A DNA stretch of 63,577 bases, filler included, from Neolecta irregularis DAH-3 (lineage: Eukaryota): the NCBI GenBank assembly GCA_001929475.1. It is 8 parts of 8 records of this genome, joined end to end, with 100 filler letters (N's around TTAATTAATTAA, not from the genome) between each part and the next. Parts side by side here need not be neighbours in the genome. Positions count along the whole stretch, not along the records: positions 22,083 to 35,105 come from LXFE01000224.1; positions 35,206 to 42,378 come from LXFE01002685.1; 6 more parts are not named here. One strand, written 5' to 3'. The position numbers and the translations under genes are program-made. Below, piece by piece: positions 24,665 to 35,938 of the stretch (positions within the stretch are counted from its first letter, which is position 1; each line of letters begins with the position of its first letter). The notes below the pieces were generated by a model. The model was not told where the DNA came from, searched no databases, and saw only the letters and a program-made list of their open reading frames with translations.

Positions 24665-24887
24665 CGCCCAAAGTACGAATAAGATATATTCTAGCCTAAA
24701 TAGGTAGGCGGAACCCAGAGAATGCAGAGCATCTCTTAGATGTAGCTGTAGCGGTACATGAGGAGAGAGATTGTAACTGAAAAATAACAAGACCGATGGA
24801 CTGAGTGTTAAACTGTTGATCCACCAGGCAAAATTCCAGTTTACTTGAATACAAATCAATCGGCTTGTTAAACCTAATATGTCACAC

Positions 24888-25720
24888 CTACAAAGTTGTT
24901 TTATGCCACAATTTGTTGACTTCGATACAACCGACGATCGTACCTAATACTGCAACCATACTCTCGCTTAAACCAATGCCGCCGACATTGCTCCAATGCA
25001 AAGCCATAGGCAAGTACGCGACGTTGGAAATTAAGCCATCCCACCAGGCCTTATCCACAACACCATTGGAAAGCTGTCGAATTCGAAACATCTTTACGGC
25101 TTCAAAGATAATATGCACCACGAAGATCCGACAACATAAAAGATGCAATTTCGCTTGAGTAAGAGGTTTTGCGCCCAGGATTTTGTGCGATGACAGATAA
25201 GCGGTCGCTTCCAATGGACAATAAATCGTATCGATGACCTAGGTGCTATTAAAAAGGTATCTAATCATCAAAAGCATACCCACTGAACTTTGGAAATCAT
25301 TCGAACGATCGGATCTCTGGGAGGATCTTGGCTCAACCGAACGCCATGCTTGTACATTCCCAGTAAACCCCAGAGTCTCAGAAACACACGGATATCACCC
25401 ATTTTTGCACTGAGATTATCGAGTTTGACATGGATAGCAGACTCTTTAACAGATATTATGAACTTTTGAAGAAAAAGTGAGGTGTCGTGGGTCAACACTG
25501 CTGTTGAAGTAGATAAAGTTTGAGGTTTAAAAACAGTCGCATTCATAAGTTTGCTTCCATATTGAATTAATATGAGAATTTTGTCCAAGGATGATGTGTT
25601 GGACAAAATTCTTCATGTTAGTAAACAGAAAGTTGTGGGTGCATACGCATGCAATCGATCTACGTCTCCATTTTGTTGGATATATGGGAACGCAGGGAGC
25701 AAGTGTTTACTTGTAGACAT
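24888..25720 (-). CDS. Pex11-family peroxisomal membrane protein, 3 exons
   Basis: LDKILILIQYGSK, DIRVFLRLWGLL, LEATAYLSSH, AYLPMALHWS..GLSESMVAVLG. Confidence 0.82.
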
Positions 25721-25937
25721 ATGGTATTGGTCTTGTGCAGGTGAGGCTGAATCAGCAGGACAGATCCGTGCCACCCAAACGCATGACCACGGGGCGCTAT
25801 CTAGCATCCTTGCCTAGGTAAATCGCACTTTATATTATATGATATCCTACTATAAATACTGTATACTTGATAAACTGGGGGGAAAATAGGTAAGTCGTGG
25901 GAATATAAGTGCTAAAGTCTAGCCTCATAATGGTCAA

Positions 25938-26019
25938 GGTCGAGTAGCGCAATGGTAGCGTATTGCTTTCCGGTTTCGGAATGTGGCAAAGGTTGCGGGT
26001 TCAAGTCCCGTCTTGATCG
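25938..26019 (+). tRNA. tRNA-Arg(CCG) with 10-nt intron (25974-25983)
   Basis: GGTCGAG/CTTGATC acceptor; TTGCT-TT-CCG anticodon arm; intron CGGAA pairs with the anticodon loop; GGTTCAAGTCC B-box; T-runs downstream. Confidence 0.92.
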
Positions 26020-26186
26020 AACCTTTTTGCTTTTTTGTAGTCTTTTCCTAAAAACAAGCAAGCTATCTCTTTGAAGACCTGGAACCTCTCTTATAAAACT
26101 AACTTCTAAGATCAAATAGAAAATGATTTACGCCTCGCCAAGAGCGGGGTTAGTATCCCAGACTCGTAAAGTTTTGGTGGCATGTT

Positions 26187-26856
26187 TCACAGGGTGGTCC
26201 TGAGCGCGACGGTAACAGCAGATCCCTGATTTGTTTCACAGGGTGTTCCTGAGCGTGTTGTTTCTGTAGTAGCGGTAGGTATACCATTGGATATTGCCGT
26301 GGGAGATGGTGTATTCTTGACATTTGCAGCTGAATTATTAGCTAGAATGAGTGTAAATGTGTATACAAGCCACGATTCCACCCCAAAATTCTTTACAATC
26401 GCATGATTCTTTTGTAAGTATGACTTTGGGATGTGAAATTGTACGTATAGATTCAGGACGCCCGACTGGAAGAGTTCGACTTGATGAAATTTGTGGCAAG
26501 GGAGGTATTTGTTGTATATCCCGAGCTGAGATAAGTCTACTGACGTAAAATCGAGTTAGTTACATCCAGTGATTCCTCCCCAGTACCGGCTACACGCGCA
26601 GGTATCCGTACCAACTTTTGTAAGAAAGAGATTTTCCAGTAGATATATACCTGAAAGGGGTTGTGCACGAGTATTTGAATCGGGTGATTCTGTGATTTTA
26701 CGAGCTGTAAGTAAGAACGAGTCTGTGTGAATCCATACATCCGACGGTTCCTCCCAAAGAACTATCATCTAATGATTAATATAAAATTCAGATGATAGAT
26801 AAACTACCTGCAACCGCCACACTGAACATAACAGTGAAGAAATAAAAAAACAGCAT
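26187..26856 (-). CDS. Small secreted protein built from symmetric phase-1 micro-exons with repeated CxC-x3-WGG motif
   Basis: Exons 26808-26856, 26739-26768, 26651-26704, 26564-26614, 26445-26525, 26367-26408, 26285-26329, 26187-26248; all introns GT-AG, 34-39 nt; signal MLFFYFFTVMFSVAVA. Confidence 0.7.
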
Positions 26857-26939
26857 TTCAAGACCTGCTAGAAGTGATGATGAGAACAAGGACAGTAGAG
26901 ATGTTTTAAGACAAGAAATTGAATGTGTATACACGACAG

Positions 26940-27130
26940 ACAAAGCGATATCGAACAATGGCATTGATACGTGGTGTTTACAAAGCGTATTGAACAGTGG
27001 CATTGATGCGTGGTGTCAACAAAGCGTATGGAACAATGACATTGATTCCCAGCAGTACTTGCAACATTTATCCCGGCAGCATATATCCCGGCAGCACCAG
27101 CAACACTTATCCCAGCAGCACCAGCATTGG
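26940..27130. repeat. ~39-bp tandem repeat (~2.7 copies) followed by a TATCCCRGCAGCA-type minisatellite
   Basis: CAAAGCGTATxGAACAxTGGCATTGAT units, then CCCGGCAGCA repeats. Confidence 0.75.
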
Positions 27131-27163
27131 CGCGAGAGGCACTGCCAACCACCACCACCACCC

Positions 27164-27493
27164 ATGCACCCGCCTCCGCTCCACCCAGCCCATGCTCATC
27201 CGGACTGCTTGTCAGGCAAAGACCGCGTAGCCCTCACTGCCGCCCTCATCGCCCACCGCACTTCCTCTGTCTCCAGGAAAAATAAAGTAAAACTACGCTC
27301 CCACAAACAGCGTGCTCGCCAAAACGCCGCCATGGAAAAGAGACTCGCCACTGACGACATCCTGCGGAAAAAGGTCACAGACTCTACTCGCCGCAACAAG
27401 GTTGTAAAGGACCGAGCGGTATGTTCGTTTCCATCCTCGCTTATCAAGAAATCCTGGGATGACATCAACTCCGCCTTCATTTCAGAACCCTAA
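27164..27493 (+). CDS. Alb1/Ecm1-like pre-60S factor (start uncertain)
   Basis: AHRTSSVSRK..SHKQRARQNAAMEK..LRKKV.DS..RNKVVKDRA|KSWDDIN resembles the Alb1 domain; 30-nt intron 27419-27448. Confidence 0.65.
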   Translation: MHPPPLHPAHAHPDCLSGKDRVALTAALIAHRTSSVSRKNKVKLRSHKQRARQNAAMEKRLATDDILRKKVTDSTRRNKVVKDRAVCSFPSSLIKKSWDDINSAFISEP

Positions 27494-27620
27494 ACCCGCC
27501 CATTCATCTCTGTCACCCACCACCAACCCCTGTATTCTAGCATACTCTCCGCATAGCAAGATTATTCATTCAGTTATGTACACGTGTTCTATAACTGCTT
27601 CATGCTCTGTTTCAAAAAAT

Positions 27621-29033
27621 CTACGCTTTTCTCCCTGGGGCTTGAGGCCCTCCCCCGTAATACATTTGTTGCGCTGCCGCTTGTTGCTGATATGCAGTGT
27701 ACTGCTGAGGGTATGCAGCTGCCACTCCAGAACTGTCTTCGCGTCCATACCCCCCTTGTTGATACGGATTCTGATAAAAACCTGCCCCTCCCGCTGTAGC
27801 CGGATACATTGGCTGCGCGCCATTAGGAGGCCGCTCCTGTCTCTCAGCAAACAATACTATAAAGGCTTGGCATTCATACTTTTCCCCAAGAGAGCTTGAT
27901 TGCCCGTCCGTGAATCCAAGTGCCGTTCAACGCGCATATCGCTGCTGTCGCCTGCTCGTGATTCTCGTACCTGCATGGTAAACAAAAGTCTTTTATAATA
28001 CATACTTGACAAATGCAAATCCTCGATCGGCTTGCATTCTAATCTCGGAAATATATCCAAATTGCTGAAAATGAGGAATAAGATCATTCTCTATACATCA
28101 ATATCAACCAAAAAATACTTCATACGCGTCGTAAATTGAGTGATATTCCCGACATATACAGTGCAGTTGAAAGGTGGCGCTTGGTTATAAATGAACGTGT
28201 AATTCTGCATATTTGCTTGCGGGCCAGGCATCTGCGGCATCGGTTCTCCAGTAGCGGTTGGTCCCTGGGTGTACATCAAACCTCCCATTTGGGGCATTTG
28301 CTGCTGAGCTGGCAACTTGTTCTTTTGATTCGCCCAGTTAACGCGGATTTGACGACCAGAGATATACTCGCCTTGCATAGACCCCAAAACTTGTTCTGCA
28401 TCATGTCGTTCTCTGAACGCGACAAATCCGTACCCTCGAGACCGTCCAGTCGACGTATCCCACATTACACGAGCCTCAGACAAACTTGGAAACTTTGCAA
28501 AATGGCGTCCGAGTTCCTCGTCATTCACTTCAGACGATAAATCACCAACAAAGATGTGGTAATGGTCTCACATGTCAGCAGTTGTTCCCATAATACATAC
28601 TGGTACTTGATGTATCCTCTTTTTGCTGTGAGCCACCCTGATAAGCCCAATTGACCCGAATATCCTACTCCATCAAAAGAAAATTATATCAATCACGTTA
28701 CTTGATCGAAAATTCTTCTTCCGTTAAGAGTAGTCAATGCCAAATTTGCAGCAGCCGGATCATCAAACTCTACGAATCCATAATTGACGCCTTGAAACGT
28801 CTGCTATAAAATAAATCAGATCCAAATTTTAAACTTGGGGAAGTAACATTCCGGTCATGTATGATCTTTACGTTCTTGATTGATCCGGCAGTCAAGAAAA
28901 TCTCCTTGAGCATATTCTCATCAACTCGATGGGACAAATTGCCAACGTAAAGATTGGCAAGTTGTTTCTGTTCCACACCGCCGGCCGCAACCACCGGATT
29001 ATCTTGTTCGGCTCTATTTATCGTCGATGCCAT
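27621..29033 (-). CDS. PUB1: Three-RRM poly(U)-binding protein (Pub1/TIA-1) with Q/Y/G-rich tail
   Basis: LYVGNL, NYGFVEF, SEARVMWD.STGRSRGYGFVAF, IRVNWANQK, TVYVGNI, QADRGFAFV, KLSWGK. Confidence 0.92.
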
Positions 29034-29544
29034 ATTATTAAGAGGAGATTCCAGAGAACGAAATGGAAATAACGAGGTCCGAAACGATCAATTGCAACGA
29101 TTGGTCCAAGGCAAATAACAGAAAAAGATAAAACCGCCTTGTATGACTAGGAAAGGAGGTCGGAGGTCTTACACAGCCTGTTCCCACTGCCCTTACAAAA
29201 CCCACCCGACCGCCATTGATATACATCTCTTGCGATTATCATCATTTTTTTATTCTCCGATTTACTTGCATTTAGAATTTTGCTTTTAGTGTTTTGTTTT
29301 GGCCGTAGAGTGCTTTTTGAATTATAGACGTGTCATTCAACCTGAACTTGTTTCAATAGTTTTGCACTGAATTGTTTGTCAAGACTTCCACGTCTTTTGC
29401 TTAGTATTTCGTAATTAGAATCCAAGTTTTTACTAATTTCAAGTCTCCAATTACAATAAAAATTCTTTTTCTCGGTATCGTTTACTTAAAGTGTCTTGTT
29501 TTATTCCAACAAATGAACTAAACGCCAGAAAAAAATGATAATGA

Positions 29545-31308
29545 TCAAGCAGTTGGAAAATCCAGTTGTACACGTCTGAATTCAAGGCCGTCTGCTCTAC
29601 GTTTGAGAATATCCTTTCTTATAGCAATACTTTTCTTCACACCAAATGAATCGATGAATAATTCTTGGACTTGTTCGAGTGTGAACCCAGCTGTTTCCGG
29701 GTAAAGAACAACGACAAAGATCCAGCCTAGAAGACATATACCTGCGTATAAAGCAAATGCGCCGGAAGGGGTGATGGCTTTCATTAATGTTAAGAAAGTA
29801 AAAGAGATGACTAAATTCGCCGACCAATTTGTCGCCGTAGCCATTCCCGCGCCGAGTCCACGGACTTTCATCGAAAACAGTTCAGATTGTTGCCAGGGCA
29901 CGTTTCCGATTCCTGTAGCGTAAAACGCGACAAAAAGTAATTGGCCCAAGAGTACGATTTTCGGCCATTTACCCTCTGTAGCTACGACATGTCCGTCTTT
30001 GTCAAGTGGGATATGAATGAATGCACCAGCTGCCACAGCCAATCCAAATGCCATTCCCCATATCGTCGCGATTAATATTGTTCGACGACCAACACGGTCA
30101 ATCAGAAATAGGGCTAGTAAAGTGAAGAGAAAATTGATTACGGCAATCGATGTACCCACCGCTACTGGATTTTGAAATCCAACGGCTGCGAAAAGGGTTC
30201 CCGAGTAATACATCAACGTGTTGAAACCACAGAGTCTGCAATGTTAATAGGAAAATAAGAGGGACATACTGCTGAATCGCTTGCAATCCACAAGCAATGA
30301 TCAATGCGCGACGATTAGCTCCGACCAACAACAGATCTTTTAAAATTATGAAAAATCCTCGATCTCGAACAATTTTGTCAACCTCGTAGACATGACGATG
30401 AATCAATTCAAGCTTATTATCAACCTCTTGTTCCGTTGCATTTGGATAAATTTTATGCAAGATAGGTCTAGCAGTATTGCGTTTCCCGCATTTAACTAGA
30501 AATCGCGGTGTTTCTGGAAGAAATGTCATCATCAGGAGTTGAATCATGCTAGGCACGGCGCCCAAGCCAATCATGTACCTCCATCCATGCGCAACATGGT
30601 AAAATATTGCATCGATACCGTAAGCGATAACTTGACCGCCCGTAATACACAAGACATTCGTAATAACTAACCGTCCTCTGATTCTCGACGGCGCAAGTTC
30701 AGAAATATATAAAGGAATCGCAAAAGCAGCGGCACCCACTCCAAATCCAATTACCAATCTTCCACAAACCATTAACGCAAAAGATTTAGAAATAGCTTGA
30801 AGAATTGCGCCGAATGTAAATAAGATATTTGCAATTGCTAGGGTGGTTACAAAACTTTGTAAAAGACCAAAGGATATTACCAATGATTGGTTTTCGGCCT
30901 ACTTTGTTGATAAGAGTACCAGCGATAAGGGCCCCAACGAGAGCGCCGATCGCTGTTGCAGAGGTAATAAGTTCTTTATCCCTATCTGAAAGCACCCGGC
31001 CAAGGTCTTGTTTGATAACCACAAGAGCCCCCGAAATAACACCAGTATCATAACCGAATAAGAATCCTCCAATCTGGACGTGAGTACAACACGGGAAAAG
31101 AAAGTACAGCAGCAGCAAAACTTAGGATCCAGACAAAATATCCCATTTCCGTCTCTTCGATTGCGTCCAGGGATATTTGTTCGGTTTGGGGATCATTTAG
31201 TTTCAGACTAGACGACGACTGTTTGGACATGTGCGGCTTTATAAATTGGGTTTCAGAAAGATCATAGTCTTGGGTCGCAAGCGGCTTGTAGGAAAGAGGG
31301 GACGACAT
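29545..31308 (-). CDS. ITR1: myo-inositol transporter (MFS)
   Basis: [68 protein letters not shown]. Confidence 0.9.
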
Positions 31309-31402
31309 TTACTTTGAATGAGTGACAGGTACAAAATAAGGAATTTACACGATCAGCGGGACATGACGAGAATCACGTGGAACTCAAGTAATTCGGGCAG
31401 GT

Positions 31403-31596
31403 TGTAAGCTATGCGCTTAGAAGTACGGTAAGACCAAGTGTTATAACTAGCCTAAGTAGTCGTACTTCTTACAAAGGGACATACCTAGCCTAAGTATTCG
31501 TACTTGGCTAGAAATATCTAACTTCCGCCTTTATATACTTCCCGTCAAGCCACCTTGCCGTATTGGTAAGATATACCCAAAGGGTATATCCTTACA
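31403..31596 (-). mobile_element. Solo LTR (194 bp) with 5-bp TSD CAGGT
   Basis: TGTAAG...CTTACA termini; CAGGT at 31398-31402 and 31597-31601; second copy at 33790-33971. Strand inferred from the internal TATATAAA. Confidence 0.9.
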
Positions 31597-31649
31597 CAGG
31601 TTATATGAATACAATTAAATTTTTAATCTCGTCTTGAGGCTAGGTATAT

Positions 31650-32752
31650 TTAAAACCACGGCTGCCCCGTCAACCGTTCATACGCCTTGACATACTTTGC
31701 TCTTGTCTTTTGGATAATCTCGTCGGGTAAAATCACGTTTTCTTTCCCTTCAAGGCCATTCTTGGTCAACCAATCTCTCAAAAATTGTTTATCGTAACTC
31801 TCTTGCGACATGCCCACTTTATACTCGTCTTTCTCCCAAAACCGAGAGGAGTCTGCATGATCAGCTGGAGCGATTGCGAAATAGGTACCTGGAGTGAGAA
31901 CTTCGTCGATGAGAACAATATTGTCTTGTTCGTCTACACCAAATTCGAATTTTGTGTCGGCAATGATGATGCCTCTAGTCATTGCGTAATTTCGCGCCTA
32001 TACTGTCAGTTCAATACCCTAAGTCCAACCTTTATGTATAATTCCGTTGACAACGTTTCAACTTGTCTTGCATATTTCTCTCCGATAATACTGATTACTA
32101 AAATTAACAGTCATACTACAATTTGTGACCTTGATCAGGATTAATGTTCACATCTGGACTTTAGCAGTGGGGAAAGATAGAGGGTTACCGTGTTGTCCGT
32201 GTTCCGCTTTAGTGCTGGGGGTATATATCGGTTGTTCAAGGGCTTGACATTCTTGCATATTCCCTGGCATTTTTATTCCATGCACCGTTCCCGTCTTTTG
32301 GTATTCCTTCCATGCCGATCCTAGAATTATTTTGTGGCAGATGGTATAAGTGATACCAGTAATATATCCTCGTACAATTGCTTCGATTGGAAGTACTTTA
32401 AATTGTTTTACAAGCATACTTCGTCCGGAAAGTTGGTCCGTGTATTCATTTAGCGGAGCAGGCATTTGTTCAATATTGCAAGTAATATAATGGTTTGGAC
32501 AAATGTCTTTTAAATACGATAACCAAAATTCGGAAAGACAGGAGAGTATTTTTCCCTTTTCAGGGATTCCCTGTTGATAAACGAGAGCGCAAGAGGCAAA
32601 AGGCGAATTACATTTCTCATCACGATATCATAGGCACTGATCCGATCTGTGGCGACGAGTAATAGCGTGTCGTCGTCCACTTTATAAATATCGCGTACTT
32701 TTCCGCGGGCGAGAAGCGGATATGCGGGAATCGAAGAAACGGTCAATGACAT
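31650..32752 (-). CDS. ADE1: SAICAR synthetase
   Basis: [80 protein letters not shown]. Confidence 0.97.
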
Positions 32753-33261
32753 TGGAAATTGTAAAAAACAGGTATGAGGTGTGCGGAACCTGCTTTCAAA
32801 AGACGAGTGAACTACATCCCCATCATGATTGGAGCGATTAATATTTCTGAAGGCTAGCATTTTCCTGCTACATGACCACTGAATACTGCTATTTCTTGCT
32901 TGAGGGTTTCCTATGTTAATCTGGGGAATAGTATGAATCATTTGTTTTTGTGCTTGCACCTTCCAAGATCAAGATATTGGTCTGCTTGATTGCACCCAGT
33001 AATGACAAATACATTCTCAGATTTTCTTTTTATTTCCAATTAACGACTGAAAATTTAAACTTTCTAGAGAAAGACTACTTGGTGGGGTAGCATTTTACGA
33101 TGGTATCAACCAAAATCCGGAAATATAACTGAAATTAAGCATGAGAAAGCCAGTGAGAAAGAGAGTGACCTCCGAAAACAACATAAGAGTGAAAGTAAAA
33201 CGGGTTGTTGAAGCTCAGCTTTGCTTTGCGAGTTTGGGCACTTAGACGCGCCTTAAGACTA

Positions 33262-33362
33262 CAGTCAAACCTGGTTATAGGAAACTTCCGTATAACGAAT
33301 TCCTCCTTATATCGAATCCAACTGGCTTCTAAAATTGGTTTGTATGGGGTCTAACGAATTTA
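33262..33362 (+). mobile_element. Pogo/Tigger-like (Tc1/mariner superfamily) terminal fragment
   Basis: TA|CAGTCAAACCTGGTTATA followed by repeated (TA)TAACGAA motifs; no partner end seen. Confidence 0.55.
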
Positions 33363-33789
33363 AGCCTTACTACTAAGGGTGCGTTCGCCGGCCACCATTT
33401 TGACCAATGTGAGACTTCGAGGGCAAGTATAATAAATAACCATTAGTCGTTTTAGATTCTACTCAATCTCCCTACACACAGACATCATTATGCTATTTGC
33501 ATGGTAATGCCTTCTCATCATAAGATTCTGCTTATTCTTACAGGCCGTTATGGTTTAGTGCGTTTGCTGTTTTCCAGCTTGTCGCATCACATAGGTCTGG
33601 AGAAACCTCACTCAGCACCAACGCAGATGGGTATTTAGGTAGCGCCCAGCGCGATTAGCGCGCTAGGCTTAACACTGTATAATAATACGAGCGGTTACTA
33701 CTACTAGCGACCCTCAACTACTATACGACCTTAAGACTCAGTGGAGTATAGACCATAGAGGTCAAGTACTCACAATAATCTTGACAAAC

Positions 33790-33971
33790 TGTAAGGATAT
33801 ATATACCCTTTGGGATATATCTTACCAATACGGCAAGGTGGCTTGACAGGAAGTATATAAAGGTGGAAGTTAGATATTCCTAGCCAAGTACGAATACTTA
33901 GGCTAGGTATGTCCCTTTGTAAGAAGTACGAAACACTTGGTCTTATCGTACTTCTAAGCGCATACCTTACA
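33790..33971 (+). mobile_element. Solo LTR (182 bp) with 5-bp TSD CAAAC; same family as 31403-31596, opposite orientation
   Basis: TGTAAG...CTTACA; CAAAC on both sides; internal TATATAAA. Confidence 0.9.
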
Positions 33972-34264
33972 CAAACTGTATCAACCACAGCATATGTATT
34001 ACTATCCATTAAGAACTAGAAGTGTTTCACATTTGCAAAACAGTTGTGGCTTTTCTTCTCAATTTCAGAGACAGGATGGAAACGATAAAGAAGCCAGAAG
34101 CGGCATGATCCAGGGAGCCATCTATAAAAAGGCTTGTGCCCCGAGGGAGAAAGGGTTTCCCGACTATCTTCACTATCTTAGCTTCCTTTTCTGTAAACGC
34201 TTATACCGCGCTCCGTTTACACTCACAAATCACCTTGCCATAAGCAGTCCATTTACCCTATATT

Positions 34265-35040
34265 ATGTTGTCTAAGCTCTTGTGGTCGATCGTACTTCAT
34301 ATTAATCTCGTCTGCGCTACATCATATCTCGATCATTTCAGAAGAGTGGGATTTAAATTGGATAAAAGTAAATTCTCCGATCAACAGAATCGGGACAAAG
34401 ACCCTCTGCTCATGCCCCTCTTGCGACACATAAATAAGTGTGCACAACAATGCTTCTTAGAGAAGTATTTCTGTAATTCATTCTGCGCAATATTGAAGGA
34501 CGAACAATTCACATGTGAGACGTGGGAGATACCTAGTCTGGATTTATCTCAGTATGATGGGCTACCCGGTTGTACAATGTTAGCAGTCTATAAGTACGCA
34601 CTTGTCACAGCATAGAAATTGATAATTTAGTATCAAGGAACCACGAAAATTTGACGTTGTCCAAGAGCTTTCCCACAAAATAGGATCCGAGGATGAGTGG
34701 GTAGATGAGGTTCGAAAGGGATATGCAACATCACCAAATGAAGAACTTTTTCAACAATGGGGGATAGGCTTTTGGAAACCTTTTTTGCTTGGCTGCAAGA
34801 ACTCTGCAGAGAATGGCGAACCAGCAACTGAAGTCGATTTTAAAGGGTGGCTTGAGGAAAATGATGTTTGTCAGATGCCTCTGATACAGAAGAGCCAAAG
34901 ACCAAGCGACTCAAAATCTCTCCACCTAGAACTTCGATCGCCGAAGAAATCAGTGTTGGCCTCAAATCATGGCCAGGTTATACAGGATCTTCAGAATTCT
35001 TTGACATAATTGTGCTGGCTTTTCTCGATATACTCAGCCA
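34265..35040 (+). pseudogene. Paralog of the PAN/apple-like secreted protein, frameshifted and transposon-interrupted
   Basis: Same signal/LDHF/CAxxC..CNSF..C layout and same phase-2 intron (34594-34630); homologous frame shifts near 34866; hAT-like end starts at 35041. Confidence 0.7.
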
Positions 35041-35105
35041 CAGTGTTGGGGCTGGACCAAAATCCATGGACTTTTGGCAAAGTCCAGCCCATGGACTTTT
35101 CCAAC
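35041..35105 (+). mobile_element. hAT-like non-autonomous element end (cut by the gap)
   Basis: CAGTGTTGG terminus and CCATGGACTTTT subterminal motifs shared with 42486 and 60740. Confidence 0.7.
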
Positions 35106-35492
35106 NNNNNNNNNNNNNNNNNNNNNNNNNNNNNNNNNNNNNNNNNNNNTTAATTAATTAANNNNNNNNNNNNNNNNNNNNNNNNNNNNNNNNNNNNNNN
35201 NNNNNAAGAGCTTAGAAAGCAAATACTTCCTAAGCAAAACTCAGCAACCCCTAGATGCACAATATCTTAAATTCTATGTCAAAGAAAGTTCAAACTTTCT
35301 GCAAATTGTCAATGGTATTTATGATCTGCGTAGCTGGAGAATAGAGAATCATCTATAGAGCTGCAAAAATGGGATTGTAGATTTCTCCAAATATTTCAAA
35401 ACAAATTGACATACCAGGCAGGTGTCGTGACAAATAAACATCCAGTCACGCCTGATAACCTCAGCGGAGTTTCACTATTCTCCATTTCAGTC

Positions 35493-35916
35493 ATGAACAC
35501 CGTATTCCAGCGCGAACAGGCCATAAATCCGCTCGTTATGGAGAATGTGATTCATAATACCAAGGTGTTTTCAGATATATGATGGTTACACTCTTCTCAC
35601 ATCGCTCTTAGACCGTCTCGTATGTTCGAAACCTGACTTCATCAGCATTTGGAATTGGAGCCGGCATTCTCGGCCTGAAATCGTACGAGGGATTTGTATT
35701 CTATGCCATTGGAACGCTTTTTACAAGTCTCCTGATGCTCATTTTCCTTGCGAAGCTGTCACCCTCGAAATATTTTGCATCACGATGGGATGTATGGAAG
35801 ATAGAAGCTACAGGAGGACTCTTTTCATACATTCTATTTTGGACACTATTCTATGCTTTAGTTCATGGTATCTCTTTGATCAATGTCAAGCCTGATAATG
35901 CCCAGTCTACGAATAA
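35493..35916 (+). CDS. EMC6: ER membrane protein complex subunit 6, 3 exons
   Basis: VIHNTK|TVSYVRNLTS..GIGAGILGLKSYEGF, GLFSYILFWTLFYALVH|VYE*. Confidence 0.92.
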
Positions 35917-35938
35917 TTACAATCCTGAAAACCCTTCT

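Noticed and set aside
33580..33775. LTR-like composition next to the solo LTR
   Set aside because: No TSD or second copy found in the window.
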